The translations under genes were made by a program, and so were the position numbers. A stretch of DNA of 64,000 bases from an uncultured Thermoprotei archaeon (GTDB lineage Archaea > Thermoproteota > Thermoprotei > Thermofilales > B15-G2): contig CBDUKN010000006.1 in the NCBI GenBank assembly GCA_965367815.1, positions 1 through 64,000 on the forward strand, written 5' to 3'. Position 1 is the first letter of the stretch. Each line of letters starts with the position of its first letter. Below, one piece after another: positions 39,998 to 49,243 of the stretch. The notes under the pieces were generated by a model, which saw only the letters and a program-made list of their open reading frames with translations, was not told the DNA's origin and did not search any database.

Positions 39998-40515
39998 AGA
40001 GGTCCCTCGTATACTAGTGTAGGTTTTTGTATCTTTTTGTTGGTTAAGTATTGAGAATACTTTAGTGCTTTGGGAGGCTTTCGTGTAATCAAGGTTATTT
40101 TCTTTACTCCTACTAATCTTATTGCCTTAAGAGCATCTAGGCCCGCTATAGCTCCCGACGGTACATGAACTCTATCTCTGTGTTTTTCGTAGAGTCTTTT
40201 CAGGTCAGGGTCGAGTAGTGCACCTACACTCATCACCAGCATTTCTTTACCTGCGTCGAGCACGGACTTCAAGTACTCTTTTACTGCTTTTTGGCTAGCC
40301 GCCTCTACTACAATATCTACTTCTTTGTCTTCAAGTATATCATTTATATTTCTAGCTACTTTAGGTTTCTGCTTTAATTTAGAAGCTAATTCAACTGCCT
40401 TAGATTCATCGATATCGTACAAGTATATTAGCTTGGCTTTTATTTCTCCTCCATCTATAGCTTCAGCTAGCAACGTCCCTATTGCGCCACAACCTATTAT
40501 CGCTACACCCTTCAT
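39994..40515 (-). CDS. nadX: L-aspartate dehydrogenase, C-terminally truncated
   Basis: GCGAIG, VEAAS, MSVGAL, PSGAIAGLD, TRKPP; stops at VYEGPL after 173 aa. Confidence 0.82.
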   Translation of the reverse strand: MKGVAIIGCGAIGTLLAEAIDGGEIKAKLIYLYDIDESKAVELASKLKQKPKVARNINDILEDKEVDIVVEAASQKAVKEYLKSVLDAGKEMLVMSVGALLDPDLKRLYEKHRDRVHVPSGAIAGLDALKAIRLVGVKKITLITRKPPKALKYSQYLTNKKIQKPTLVYEGPL

Positions 40516-41366
40516 TTCCAGACACCTGTTACTTCAAGAGATAAATCGACTGCTTTAGCAGAATGAGTTAATATACCTAGACTTATTACATCGGGCTGTG
40601 CTTTAGCATACTCTACAATATTTTCTTCAGTTACTCCCCCAGAAACCTCAATTAAGACTCTGTTTCTGAGCCCTTTTTCTTCAAGTACTTTTATTGTCTC
40701 AGCTACTTCCTCTGGAGTGAAATTGTCTAGCATTACTATGTCCGCTCCGGCTTCAGCTGCTTCAATAGCTTCATTTAAGTTGGATACTTCTACTTCTATT
40801 TTCCTGTAAAAACTGTTTTTCTCTTTAGCTTTCTCTACAGCACTTTTAACTGATTTAAAGTACTTTAAGTGATTATCTTTAATTAAAATCATGTCTGATA
40901 AACTGAGCCTATGCGTATCTCCTCCACCTGCTTCAACTGCTTTTTTCTCAAAGTATCTTAACCCGGGCAGTGTTTTGCGTGTTGCAGCGATTCTTGTGCG
41001 AGGACTTATCTTCTTAACTTTCTCTACTAGTCTCCTAGTGGCAGTAGCTATGCCGCATGTATGCGATAATATATTTAAGACAAGTCTCTCAGCTGAAAGT
41101 ACTTTGCGCATATTTCCTTTGATTTCCAGTAAGATTTCTCCTAGCCTGAATTCTTCTCCGCTTTTCTTGAGTACTGCTACTTCTAAACCTAAGCGCTGTA
41201 AGATATATGCTATTTCCTCAGTGCAGGCGGCCACGCCGTCTTCTTTGGCTAAAACTACTGCTTTGCAGGAAATATTCTCGGGTAGTAGCTCCGATGTAGC
41301 GTCCCAGAAAGGTATGTCTTCGGCTAGCCACTCTAGAAACTTGCAGTAGACTATTTCCTCGACCAC
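40512..41366 (-). CDS. nadC: Quinolinate phosphoribosyltransferase
   Basis: ER..LN, TRKT.PGLR..EK, HR..LSD.ILIKDNH, MLDN, SGG. Confidence 0.96.
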   Translation of the reverse strand: MVEEIVYCKFLEWLAEDIPFWDATSELLPENISCKAVVLAKEDGVAACTEEIAYILQRLGLEVAVLKKSGEEFRLGEILLEIKGNMRKVLSAERLVLNILSHTCGIATATRRLVEKVKKISPRTRIAATRKTLPGLRYFEKKAVEAGGGDTHRLSLSDMILIKDNHLKYFKSVKSAVEKAKEKNSFYRKIEVEVSNLNEAIEAAEAGADIVMLDNFTPEEVAETIKVLEEKGLRNRVLIEVSGGVTEENIVEYAKAQPDVISLGILTHSAKAVDLSLEVTGVWK

Positions 41367-42280
41367 GGTATCTCAACCCCTAGAAGCTCAAAGCTTCTTT
41401 CTAAAGCAGATCGAGCTTTATCGGCTATCTTCTTGTCTACAGCTACTACATATTTTTCTTCAAGCAAGGCTCGAAGAATTTTCTCTAAAGTTATTTTCTT
41501 CATGTCCTCGCATACTGCTTCAAGTGTAGCTGGATAAGCTTTCTTCGAAGGATACTCTTTCCTTATTTTATGTAGCAGGCCTACTTCTGTTCCAATAACG
41601 TACTCTTCTGCATTTAGAGATCCTACTGCTCTAACCATTTGGCTTGTGCTTCCAATAAAGTCTGCCAGCTTCCTTACTTCTGATGTGCACTCGGGGTGAA
41701 CAAGTATTTTTGCTCGAGGATATTTTTCTTTAGCCGCTTTAATGCAGTCGACTGTTATCTTCATGTGAACTGGACAATGGCTATCAGGTGGAATAGGAAT
41801 AACTGTTTTCCCTGTCTGCTCAGCTACGTATGACGCGAGATTTCTATCAGGTCCGAAGAGAACTGCTTCTGCATCTAGCTGAGAAACTATCTTAACGGCG
41901 CTGCTGCTCGTTACAACGTAGTCTGCTTTAGCTTTAACAGAAGCCAGCGAATTGACGTAGACTACGAGAGGTGCTTTAGGGTGTTTTCTGCGGTAGTAGT
42001 CTACTATTTCGGGTGTAAGCTGGTGTGCTAGAGGACAGGTAGATTCTTTCTCAGGATGCAGCACTTTTTTCTCGGGATTCAGTATAGCTGCCTGCTCTGC
42101 CATAAAGTCTACTCCGGCGAAAACTATTACTTTAGCTTCAGTCTTCATGGCTTTAATAGAAAGCTCCAAGCTATCGCCGGCAAAATCGGCTATGTCTTGT
42201 ACTTCAGGCCTCTGATAATTATGGGCCAGTATAACCGCGTTCTTTTCACTCAACAAACGCTTGATTTTATCCTCTAACAC
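41351..42280 (-). CDS. nadA: Quinolinate synthase
   Basis: LAHNYQ, GDSL, FMAE, CP, YVN, CPVH, HPEC, GST, C..M. Confidence 0.96.
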   Translation of the reverse strand: MLEDKIKRLLSEKNAVILAHNYQRPEVQDIADFAGDSLELSIKAMKTEAKVIVFAGVDFMAEQAAILNPEKKVLHPEKESTCPLAHQLTPEIVDYYRRKHPKAPLVVYVNSLASVKAKADYVVTSSSAVKIVSQLDAEAVLFGPDRNLASYVAEQTGKTVIPIPPDSHCPVHMKITVDCIKAAKEKYPRAKILVHPECTSEVRKLADFIGSTSQMVRAVGSLNAEEYVIGTEVGLLHKIRKEYPSKKAYPATLEAVCEDMKKITLEKILRALLEEKYVVAVDKKIADKARSALERSFELLGVEIPWSRK

Positions 42281-42327
42281 ACTAATCCTGTTTTACGATG
42301 AAGACTAATATATAAGAGGAGTTTTAC

Positions 42328-42376
42328 TGGCAAATTTTGCCGGAAACACGAAGTCTTCTTCGGCAACTTTCGCCGA
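42328..42376. promoter_or_regulatory. Two palindromic GGC-N7-GCC boxes upstream of nadA
   Basis: GGCAAATTTTGCCG (42329-42342) and GGCAACTTTCGCCG (42362-42375), 33 bp apart, just upstream of the nadA TATA (TTATATA on the minus strand, about 42309-42315). Confidence 0.5.
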
Positions 42377-42396
42377 ACCAGTATTCTTCCACTACA

Positions 42397-43512
42397 TTAG
42401 TAGCAGAAACAGTGCAAGAATATTAGCAGAGTATTTTCAGCCATATTGAATACTTTAATCAGTTTGCCGCGTCTTTTCTTTAAAACACTTAGTTTTCTAG
42501 CTAATATTGATGAAACTACCGTTATCGCCAATAGAGGAGCCACGAAAATAGCATTATATAATAGCAGCAGTAAAGGCAAAGCTTCACTTAAAGGATATTT
42601 TCCGATGTAGTATAGCGCTATCAAGTAGGGTCCAGCACTGCATGGTAAAAAGAGATGTACTAACTGTTGCTCCAAGAGCAAAAGCTAAAGGAATACTTGC
42701 GGATTTTTCGGTGAAACGCGATAGCTTCTCTCTAATAGATTTGGGAAGAATATTGTAGCGCTTTCCTTTCGCCATCTTAACTAGTGAATACAAGCCTACC
42801 GCTAAAGCAGATCCTCCAATAAAATATTTCACTACTTCATATTGGCCGATAATTTTCACTAAGTTAAGTCCTGTAAGGAGATAAATGATACACACTGCTG
42901 TAATAAACGAGAAGTCGGCTAAAAACATGCGATGTCTGCCTGCTACATGAAAAACAATTAAGAGAAGACTGTGAAAACAGCAAAAGTACAGGGATTAATT
43001 GAGTCTACTAGAGCACAAGCAATTATTACAGGTAAAACAGGCCTATAGCTTTGCGACCTATTTTCTAGTACTACATGAGGATTCTTGAATATTTCTTCTA
43101 CTTCCCTTACTTTACTCTCGTCAACAATTCTTTGCCCCTCATGCACAATAAGCACTCCTTTACTAGGAACATTCTTAAACAATGATTTTAAGTAGTTTAA
43201 ATCATATGAACCAACTATAACCATCTTAAGCTTTCCGCCAATAAATACTCCTGATAAAGGAATAGGTTTAAGAGAGGAATTCGGGAAGAGAATCTCGTAT
43301 ATAGTGCGGTAAGCCTTCAAGTAGACTTTACTCTCATAAATATCGTAGAAAACAATACTGTCTTCTCCTACTAGCTTAGCCATTTTCTTCTTAAAATCAC
43401 TACAGGCATGGCAGCTGGCCGTACCGAAAACATATATATGTATAGGCTCGGCAAAACATACTGCTAGAAAAATTGAGCAGAGCAAAACATGTAACAAAAG
43501 ATGCTTCTTCAA
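42397..43512 (-). pseudogene. Frameshifted thioredoxin-like (CxxC) plus CcdA/DsbD-TM fusion
   Basis: Three consecutive frames: signal peptide + CHAC + DSINPC; TM region; LPCSAGPY...YN.IFV.P. Single-base shifts near 42965 and 42650. Confidence 0.8.
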
Positions 43513-43671
43513 GCTCCTACCTCCTTAAGTATTCAATAAAACGCATAATAAAATCTATGCACTCAGAGAAGCTTGCTTCACACAAAATTTCAAGCGACTG
43601 TATTGCAAAGTAATTACTTTATTTAAAGTAGCATAAAGTTTATCACATAAACTATTCTGCTTATATTAGAG

Positions 43672-44760
43672 ATGATTGAAGAACATGAAATACGTAAACT
43701 GGGACTAGTTTCTTTTTCAGAGGACTTAGACATAGTTTCTGTTTTTACTAGACTAGCTAAGCTTAGCGGGTTTAGTGTAGAGCTTCTTGAAGCAAAAGAA
43801 TTGAGTTCGCTAAGTGATGTAGATGCTTTAGTAGTTATAGGTACTGATAGAGATTTATTGGATGTTTTACAGATGCTCGGAGAGGGAGTTAAACCTATTC
43901 TTGGTATAAGTCCTCCAGAGTATGTTAGTTTTCTTATGCCCGTGTCTTTTAATGAGATTGATAGATGTTTATCTGCTTTAGCTAAGAAACAGTATAAGAT
44001 AGTAAAATACACTAGGATTAAAGGCAAAGTTGATCGAAAGGAAATAGTGTATGCTTTAAACGAAATAGCTATTTTCTCTTCTAAAAGCGCTACTCTAATA
44101 GAATATGAGTTGCTCGTTGACGGTGAGCATGTATGGCGTGACCGCTCAGATGGTGTAATAGTTGCTACGCCCGTAGGCTCTACTGCTTATGCTTTTTCAG
44201 CCGGAGGCCCGGTAATAATGGAGAATACGCCTGTATTAGAGATAGTGCCTGTGAATAGTCTTGATCCTCTTAAGAAGCCTCTAGTAGTTAAAAATACTTC
44301 TAAAATAGTTATTAGGGATATTTCTAGCAGGTATCCTTGTGAAGTAATAGCTGATGGCTGTAAAAGAATTAGAGTAAAAAAGAGAATTGAGATAACGAAA
44401 GCAAAGACACCTGTTCCTGTGATTAAGATAACTGCTGCCTCGATAACTAAAGAGAGTCTTGAGAAAAAGTATGCTCTTATTAAGGAGATACAAGAGATTC
44501 CGCCTAGCGCTAAATATGTTCTAAAGGTACTTGAAGCTGAAGGCCCCTTGTCTGTTAAAGAAATCGCTGAGAAAACTTTGCTTTCGCCTCGAACAGTAAG
44601 GTATTCTTTGACGCTTTTGGTTAAAAGAGGGCTTGTAAAGAAGTTGGTTAATTTGAGGGATACTCGTCAAACATACTATGAGGCTGTTACGTCGCCTTGG
44701 AAAAATGAAGTTAAGTCTATTAGAGAGAAATTAGAGCACTTTAAGCTTAATTCCCGTTAG
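43672..44760 (+). CDS. NAD kinase-like domain fused to C-terminal MarR-type wHTH
   Basis: GTDR (GGDG variant), LNE, DGVIVATPVGSTAYAFSAGGP; PPSAKYVLKVL..EGPL..KEIAEKTLL..RTVRY.L..L...GLV...NLRDTRQ.YY. Confidence 0.88.
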   Translation: MIEEHEIRKLGLVSFSEDLDIVSVFTRLAKLSGFSVELLEAKELSSLSDVDALVVIGTDRDLLDVLQMLGEGVKPILGISPPEYVSFLMPVSFNEIDRCLSALAKKQYKIVKYTRIKGKVDRKEIVYALNEIAIFSSKSATLIEYELLVDGEHVWRDRSDGVIVATPVGSTAYAFSAGGPVIMENTPVLEIVPVNSLDPLKKPLVVKNTSKIVIRDISSRYPCEVIADGCKRIRVKKRIEITKAKTPVPVIKITAASITKESLEKKYALIKEIQEIPPSAKYVLKVLEAEGPLSVKEIAEKTLLSPRTVRYSLTLLVKRGLVKKLVNLRDTRQTYYEAVTSPWKNEVKSIREKLEHFKLNSR

Positions 44761-46077
44761 CTTCGAGAATAGTTCTAATTCTCTAGTGTAGTCGCCGTAG
44801 ACCATCGCGTGGTGGAACGCATAAGCGTTGTCCGCTATTTCTCTAGCATTTCTAACTTTTATCCAGGCGGAGAACCTGCAGTGAATAGTATCTTCTACTC
44901 TCATTATTTTTCCTTTAATAGCGATCATTTCGCTTAAATCTGGACTTATTCTCAGCAAAGTCACATCAGTGCCTGTTTTCAGCGGAACATACGCTGTTGC
45001 GCCTTTACCCATGTTATGGTAGTCTTCGAGAATCCACTTGTCTTCAATACCCATGGTTAACGGAATTACGTCATGTGTAAGCCTCACAACATTAGTTCTT
45101 AAGCTTTCCTCAATATCTTTGATTTTTGTCTCAGAGGGAGGAAATCCAGGCCCAGGCCAGGGTCTGAATAGATATATGTTTCCCATGAGCACTGGGCTTC
45201 TTGAAATAAAGCTCAGTATCATCATAGAGAGAGCGACATTTATGTCTGCTTCACAGCCAGCTACAATGCCCTCGTCTATGAGCTTAGCTAACGCGATACA
45301 CGGTGGGACAAATTTCTTGCCGAAAAGGTCTTCAAGGCAGTTTATTGTAAAAGCATTTGCTTTCTTTTCTTCGAGAATATCTTTAATCGCTAAATAGAGT
45401 TTAGCTACTTCTTCGAGTACTTCTCTATTAAAGTTAGTGAAGAGACCTTGCCACCCAGCAAGAGTTTTCTCTAAGTGCTCTGCGTCGACTTGCTCTGCTT
45501 TCTCCAGTAGATAGTCTATCGGAATGCTTTCGACTATTACTCCTAGCTTTCTTTCTATTTCTTCAAGACACCACTGGGAAGCAACATTTGGTGCAGGTAT
45601 TTTTCCGAAAACTATTAGCTTACTTACTTTAAGCGCGTTAACTGCCGAAATTACTTTAGCTACGCGCTTATGTTCCTCGGGCCCTATAGGTGTAATTACT
45701 TCGACTCCCCAGTGTCTAAGAAAACCTCTAATATCCCACGAGGCTGCATGACAGTAGCCTCGTTCATCCCATATTATAACCGGTAATTTCAGCCAAGAAA
45801 GTCTTCGGTAAATATATCTTCTGCCGTGGGCTTTGAGAACAACTGCGTCTACTTTTCTGTCAATAATAAAGGGAAGAAATCTAGCTTCATACTCAGAAGT
45901 AACTACTATTGGTTCGAGTACTTCTTCGTCTTTATAGACTTTTTTAAGTTCATTTAAGAAGTCTTTCTTCAGCTTTTCTGCTCTCTCTTTACTTAAGCCT
46001 ATATCGAAGACTACAGGCTGAAGTACTGCACGTATTCCATAAAATCCTTTACCCAAGTCTACTTTCATTATTATCAT
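44731..46077 (-). CDS. L-fucose/L-arabinose isomerase-like protein
   Basis: TINCL, PPC, GCEAD, HDV, CR, HH.MVYGDY. Confidence 0.75.
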   Translation of the reverse strand: MIIMKVDLGKGFYGIRAVLQPVVFDIGLSKERAEKLKKDFLNELKKVYKDEEVLEPIVVTSEYEARFLPFIIDRKVDAVVLKAHGRRYIYRRLSWLKLPVIIWDERGYCHAASWDIRGFLRHWGVEVITPIGPEEHKRVAKVISAVNALKVSKLIVFGKIPAPNVASQWCLEEIERKLGVIVESIPIDYLLEKAEQVDAEHLEKTLAGWQGLFTNFNREVLEEVAKLYLAIKDILEEKKANAFTINCLEDLFGKKFVPPCIALAKLIDEGIVAGCEADINVALSMMILSFISRSPVLMGNIYLFRPWPGPGFPPSETKIKDIEESLRTNVVRLTHDVIPLTMGIEDKWILEDYHNMGKGATAYVPLKTGTDVTLLRISPDLSEMIAIKGKIMRVEDTIHCRFSAWIKVRNAREIADNAYAFHHAMVYGDYTRELELFSKLTGIKLKVL

Positions 46078-46123
46078 AGATTATATTCTCTGAAAGTATA
46101 TAGCACTAAGTACGTCAACTGCT

Positions 46124-46147
46124 TAAGTCAGCGAAACAGCTGACTTA
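46124..46147. other. Perfect 9-bp inverted repeat (terminator or operator)
   Basis: TAAGTCAGC-gaaaca-GCTGACTTA between the ATPase stop and the isomerase promoter. Confidence 0.45.
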
Positions 46148-46150
46148 GTA

Positions 46151-46948
46151 TTAGGCGTGAAAATCGCAGATGTGTATATGGTTGTGCATAAGTATTGCTG
46201 CCTCTCCATAAATTTCTTTCATCTCCTCTATTCTCAAGAGTTCTTCCGGCTTTCCTATTTTGAAAACTTTTCTATTCAATAAGATAATAGTATTCGTGTA
46301 AGATAGAAGTAATTCAGGGTCATGGCATGTAGATATCACTAGTTTTCTTTTACTGAGCTCAGCGATTACCTGCACTAAATCTATTCTACCAGCAGGGTCT
46401 ACCGCGGAAAACGGCTCATCCATTACTAGAATAGGTGGATCGTGGACTAGTGCTCTAGCAATAAGTACTCTCTGTCTTTGCCCCCCTGATAAATGCCATA
46501 TATTTTCTTTCCAGAATTCTCTAGGTAAACCTACTGTAGTTAAAGCTTCTTCTACTCTTCTTCTGTCTTCTATTCTTGTGAATAGTCTAGGCCACTTCTT
46601 TTTGTGCATAAGTAGGCTTGATTCAACTAACTCCCATGCAGTAATAGGGTATTTCGAAAACTCTGCGATAGCGAGCTGGGGAACATATCCTACAAATAGT
46701 CCGGCTTTTTCAGGTCGCCCTGTTACATCAACTCCATTTATTACTACTCGTCCCTGCATAGGCTGTATTAGCCCGAGAATAGCTTTAAGCAAAGTTGTTT
46801 TACCTGCACCATTAGGTCCTAAAATCTGTACTAGGGCTGGCCCCTTTATCTTGAAACTGATATTCTCTATAATTACTTCATCTCCATAGCCTGCTGTCAA
46901 GTTTTCTACAGCTATTTCTTGTGTTCTGGAAAAAATCTCCTTGTGCAT
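46151..46948 (-). CDS. Metal (Zn/Mn/Ni) ABC ATP-binding protein
   Basis: GPNGAGKT, GYVPQ, LSGGQRQRV, DEPFSAVD, His-rich tail HNHIHICDFH; likely start ATG 46948. Confidence 0.9.
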   Translation of the reverse strand: MHKEIFSRTQEIAVENLTAGYGDEVIIENISFKIKGPALVQILGPNGAGKTTLLKAILGLIQPMQGRVVINGVDVTGRPEKAGLFVGYVPQLAIAEFSKYPITAWELVESSLLMHKKKWPRLFTRIEDRRRVEEALTTVGLPREFWKENIWHLSGGQRQRVLIARALVHDPPILVMDEPFSAVDPAGRIDLVQVIAELSKRKLVISTCHDPELLLSYTNTIILLNRKVFKIGKPEELLRIEEMKEIYGEAAILMHNHIHICDFHA

Positions 46949-47004
46949 ACTTTCCGTAAGCTTTATTAGCGACTGTGCACATATAAGCTTAACGGTGGTG
47001 ATCA

Positions 47005-47973
47005 TTGAGGCTTACTGTTTTCATATTCTTGGCTATACTCTTCACCTCGCTAGCAGTAGCTCAGCCTAGAAAACTTATTATTGTAGCTACTTTTCCTAAC
47101 TTAGTTAAAGACATTAAGCTGGTTGCCTGTAGTGAAGAAGTAGTTTCCTTAGTACCTGCTGGAGCTGACCCCCATGAATACCAGCTTACTTCAAGAGATT
47201 TAGATTTAGTTAAAAGAGCAAATCTCATAGTCTCTACTGCACACACATCATTTGAAATAGATTTAAGGAAAAAAGTTGAGCAAAAAGAGTTCAAAGCGGT
47301 TTTAATCGAGCTTACTAAAATTCCCGGCATAGTTATTTTAAATAATCCTGCGCTGAACCAGCCTAATTACCATATGCCGATATATGATCCAGGTAACTAC
47401 AAGCTTTTTATAAAATACTTGGCACTTAAGCTAGCTGAAATAAATCCTCTTGAAGCTGAAATATACTTAAATAGAGCTGAGAGCGTAGCTAGGAAAATAG
47501 ATTCTATAGTGAATTCTACTCCTAAACTTAATGTTGTTGCCGCAGCAGACTATCCTTTTACACAGTATGCTGTTTCTTGGCTAGGCATTGAAATAAAGTA
47601 TCTTGTAGTGAAAGAAGCCGGTGTATCGGCTACGCCGAGCGATATAGAGAAGCTCAAGGAAGCTTTAGCTAAAAAGGAAGTAAAAATAGTTGTTGTGGCT
47701 GAGCCTGTAGAGCTTCCTGCATCAAAGCTCTTGAAGTCTCTTGCCGAGAAATATGAAGTTCCCGTGCTCTATATTCCATTGCCTTTCTCTAAAGGAAGTA
47801 TTTTAAGTAAACTTGAATATATTTCTTCTCAAGCCAAGTCTATTAAACTTCAGCTCGGTGAAAAAGGAGCTTTGCTTAATGAGAAATCGCCCTTCCTAGA
47901 AATTGCCGCAGGTATACTCTCTCTACTGATTATAGTGGAGCTCTACTTCTATTACTGGAGGGTGAAAGAATGA
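47005..47973 (+). CDS. Metal ABC substrate-binding protein (ZnuA/TroA cluster)
   Basis: G.DPHEY, N.H..., C-terminal TM anchor. Confidence 0.88.
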   Translation: MRLTVFIFLAILFTSLAVAQPRKLIIVATFPNLVKDIKLVACSEEVVSLVPAGADPHEYQLTSRDLDLVKRANLIVSTAHTSFEIDLRKKVEQKEFKAVLIELTKIPGIVILNNPALNQPNYHMPIYDPGNYKLFIKYLALKLAEINPLEAEIYLNRAESVARKIDSIVNSTPKLNVVAAADYPFTQYAVSWLGIEIKYLVVKEAGVSATPSDIEKLKEALAKKEVKIVVVAEPVELPASKLLKSLAEKYEVPVLYIPLPFSKGSILSKLEYISSQAKSIKLQLGEKGALLNEKSPFLEIAAGILSLLIIVELYFYYWRVKE

Positions 47974-48845
47974 TATTTAAAAAGATTTTAGTTACAGCTC
48001 TTGTCCTCACGCTAATCGTTGAGGCTATTATTTTAGCTGAGATAAGTGAATTAAAATGGGTTTTAGTGCTTATGGCCGCCGCTACTGCCTATGGCTTCTT
48101 AAGCTCTATTATAGCTGCTAGGCGTTTATATTTCTTGGCTAGTGCTTCGCCTCACTCAGCTCTGCTCGCTGTTGTTTTAGCTATTCCTTTGGCTAGAGTA
48201 CTGGGCTTCGGGGACGAGTATTTCTGGGCAGTAATAATAGGCACATGCTTGGTATACACAATAGGGTATGCTATACACAGAGGTATAGACCCTGATACTG
48301 CTACAGCTACATTTGTTGCTTTTACAGCGTCTCTCAGCGTAGTTGCTATATACTTTGTTTTAACCAGTTTTCCCGTTGAGACAAATATTATGGACATTAT
48401 TATAGGAGACCCTCTTTTAGCTGAATGGAGCGATGCTTTTTACGCGACTGCTGTTGCTACTATTACTGCCTTATCTGTACTTATAACTTATCGTGAGCAA
48501 ATATGCCTTGGTATTGATAGAGACTCTGTGAGACTTTCGGGTATCAGAACTGCTTTCTACGACGCTTTAGTATTCACGCTACTTGCTTTAGCTACAGTGG
48601 CTTTAATTAAAATAGTCGGCTTCGTACTAGAACATGTTTTACTGCTTTTGCCTGCCGCAATAAGCTCTACTACAGCTGTTAGCTCTAGAGAATCAGTATT
48701 CATTAGTGTTGTGTCAAGTATCGCGGCAAGCCTCGTAGGGCTCTACTTCTCGATAATAGCTAACTTGTCTCCGGCCGGCGTAACCGGACTTGTGCTCATG
48801 GTCATATATGTCTTAGCACTAGTTGCTAGAAGGAAGAGAGGCTGA
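47970..48845 (+). CDS. Metal ABC permease (ABC-3 family)
   Basis: RRLYFL....H.AL, IIGD, KIVG.VL...LL.LPA. Confidence 0.88.
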   Translation: MIFKKILVTALVLTLIVEAIILAEISELKWVLVLMAAATAYGFLSSIIAARRLYFLASASPHSALLAVVLAIPLARVLGFGDEYFWAVIIGTCLVYTIGYAIHRGIDPDTATATFVAFTASLSVVAIYFVLTSFPVETNIMDIIIGDPLLAEWSDAFYATAVATITALSVLITYREQICLGIDRDSVRLSGIRTAFYDALVFTLLALATVALIKIVGFVLEHVLLLLPAAISSTTAVSSRESVFISVVSSIAASLVGLYFSIIANLSPAGVTGLVLMVIYVLALVARRKRG

Positions 48846-48850
48846 TTAAA

Positions 48851-49243
48851 ATGAAGCGAAGATTCGGAGTATCTATACCTAAGGACCTCGCAGATAGACT
48901 AGATTTGCTCGCCAAGGCTCTTGAAACAGACCGCTCTAGTCTTATCGAAGCCGCTGTGAGAGAATATATACATGACCATATGCACTACTTAGTGCCCCAC
49001 GACTGTACAGGCATAATGGTGCTTTACGGTGCCTGCAGAAAAGAAGACTGGTTCGATATAATAGACCGCTACATGGACATAGTAGTCTCCTACAACCATA
49101 TACATAGAAAAAACATATGCATAGAAGTGCTAATAGTGTCGGGTCCCTCAAAGAAAATAGCTAGTCTACATAAAGAACTAGTAGAATCAGGAATAAAAGC
49201 AAGATATCTTCCAATATTCTACTGTGTCAGCGAGAGGTCTTAG
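48851..49243 (+). CDS. NikR-like CopG regulator
   Basis: RFGVSIP RHH, RS.LI; C-domain H.H.....C.E (HIH...C). Confidence 0.82.
   Translation: MKRRFGVSIPKDLADRLDLLAKALETDRSSLIEAAVREYIHDHMHYLVPHDCTGIMVLYGACRKEDWFDIIDRYMDIVVSYNHIHRKNICIEVLIVSGPSKKIASLHKELVESGIKARYLPIFYCVSERS

Noticed and set aside
38200-40000. CRISPR array or cas operon near the Cas4-like gene
   Set aside because: No regularly spaced repeats or other cas genes are visible anywhere in the window.
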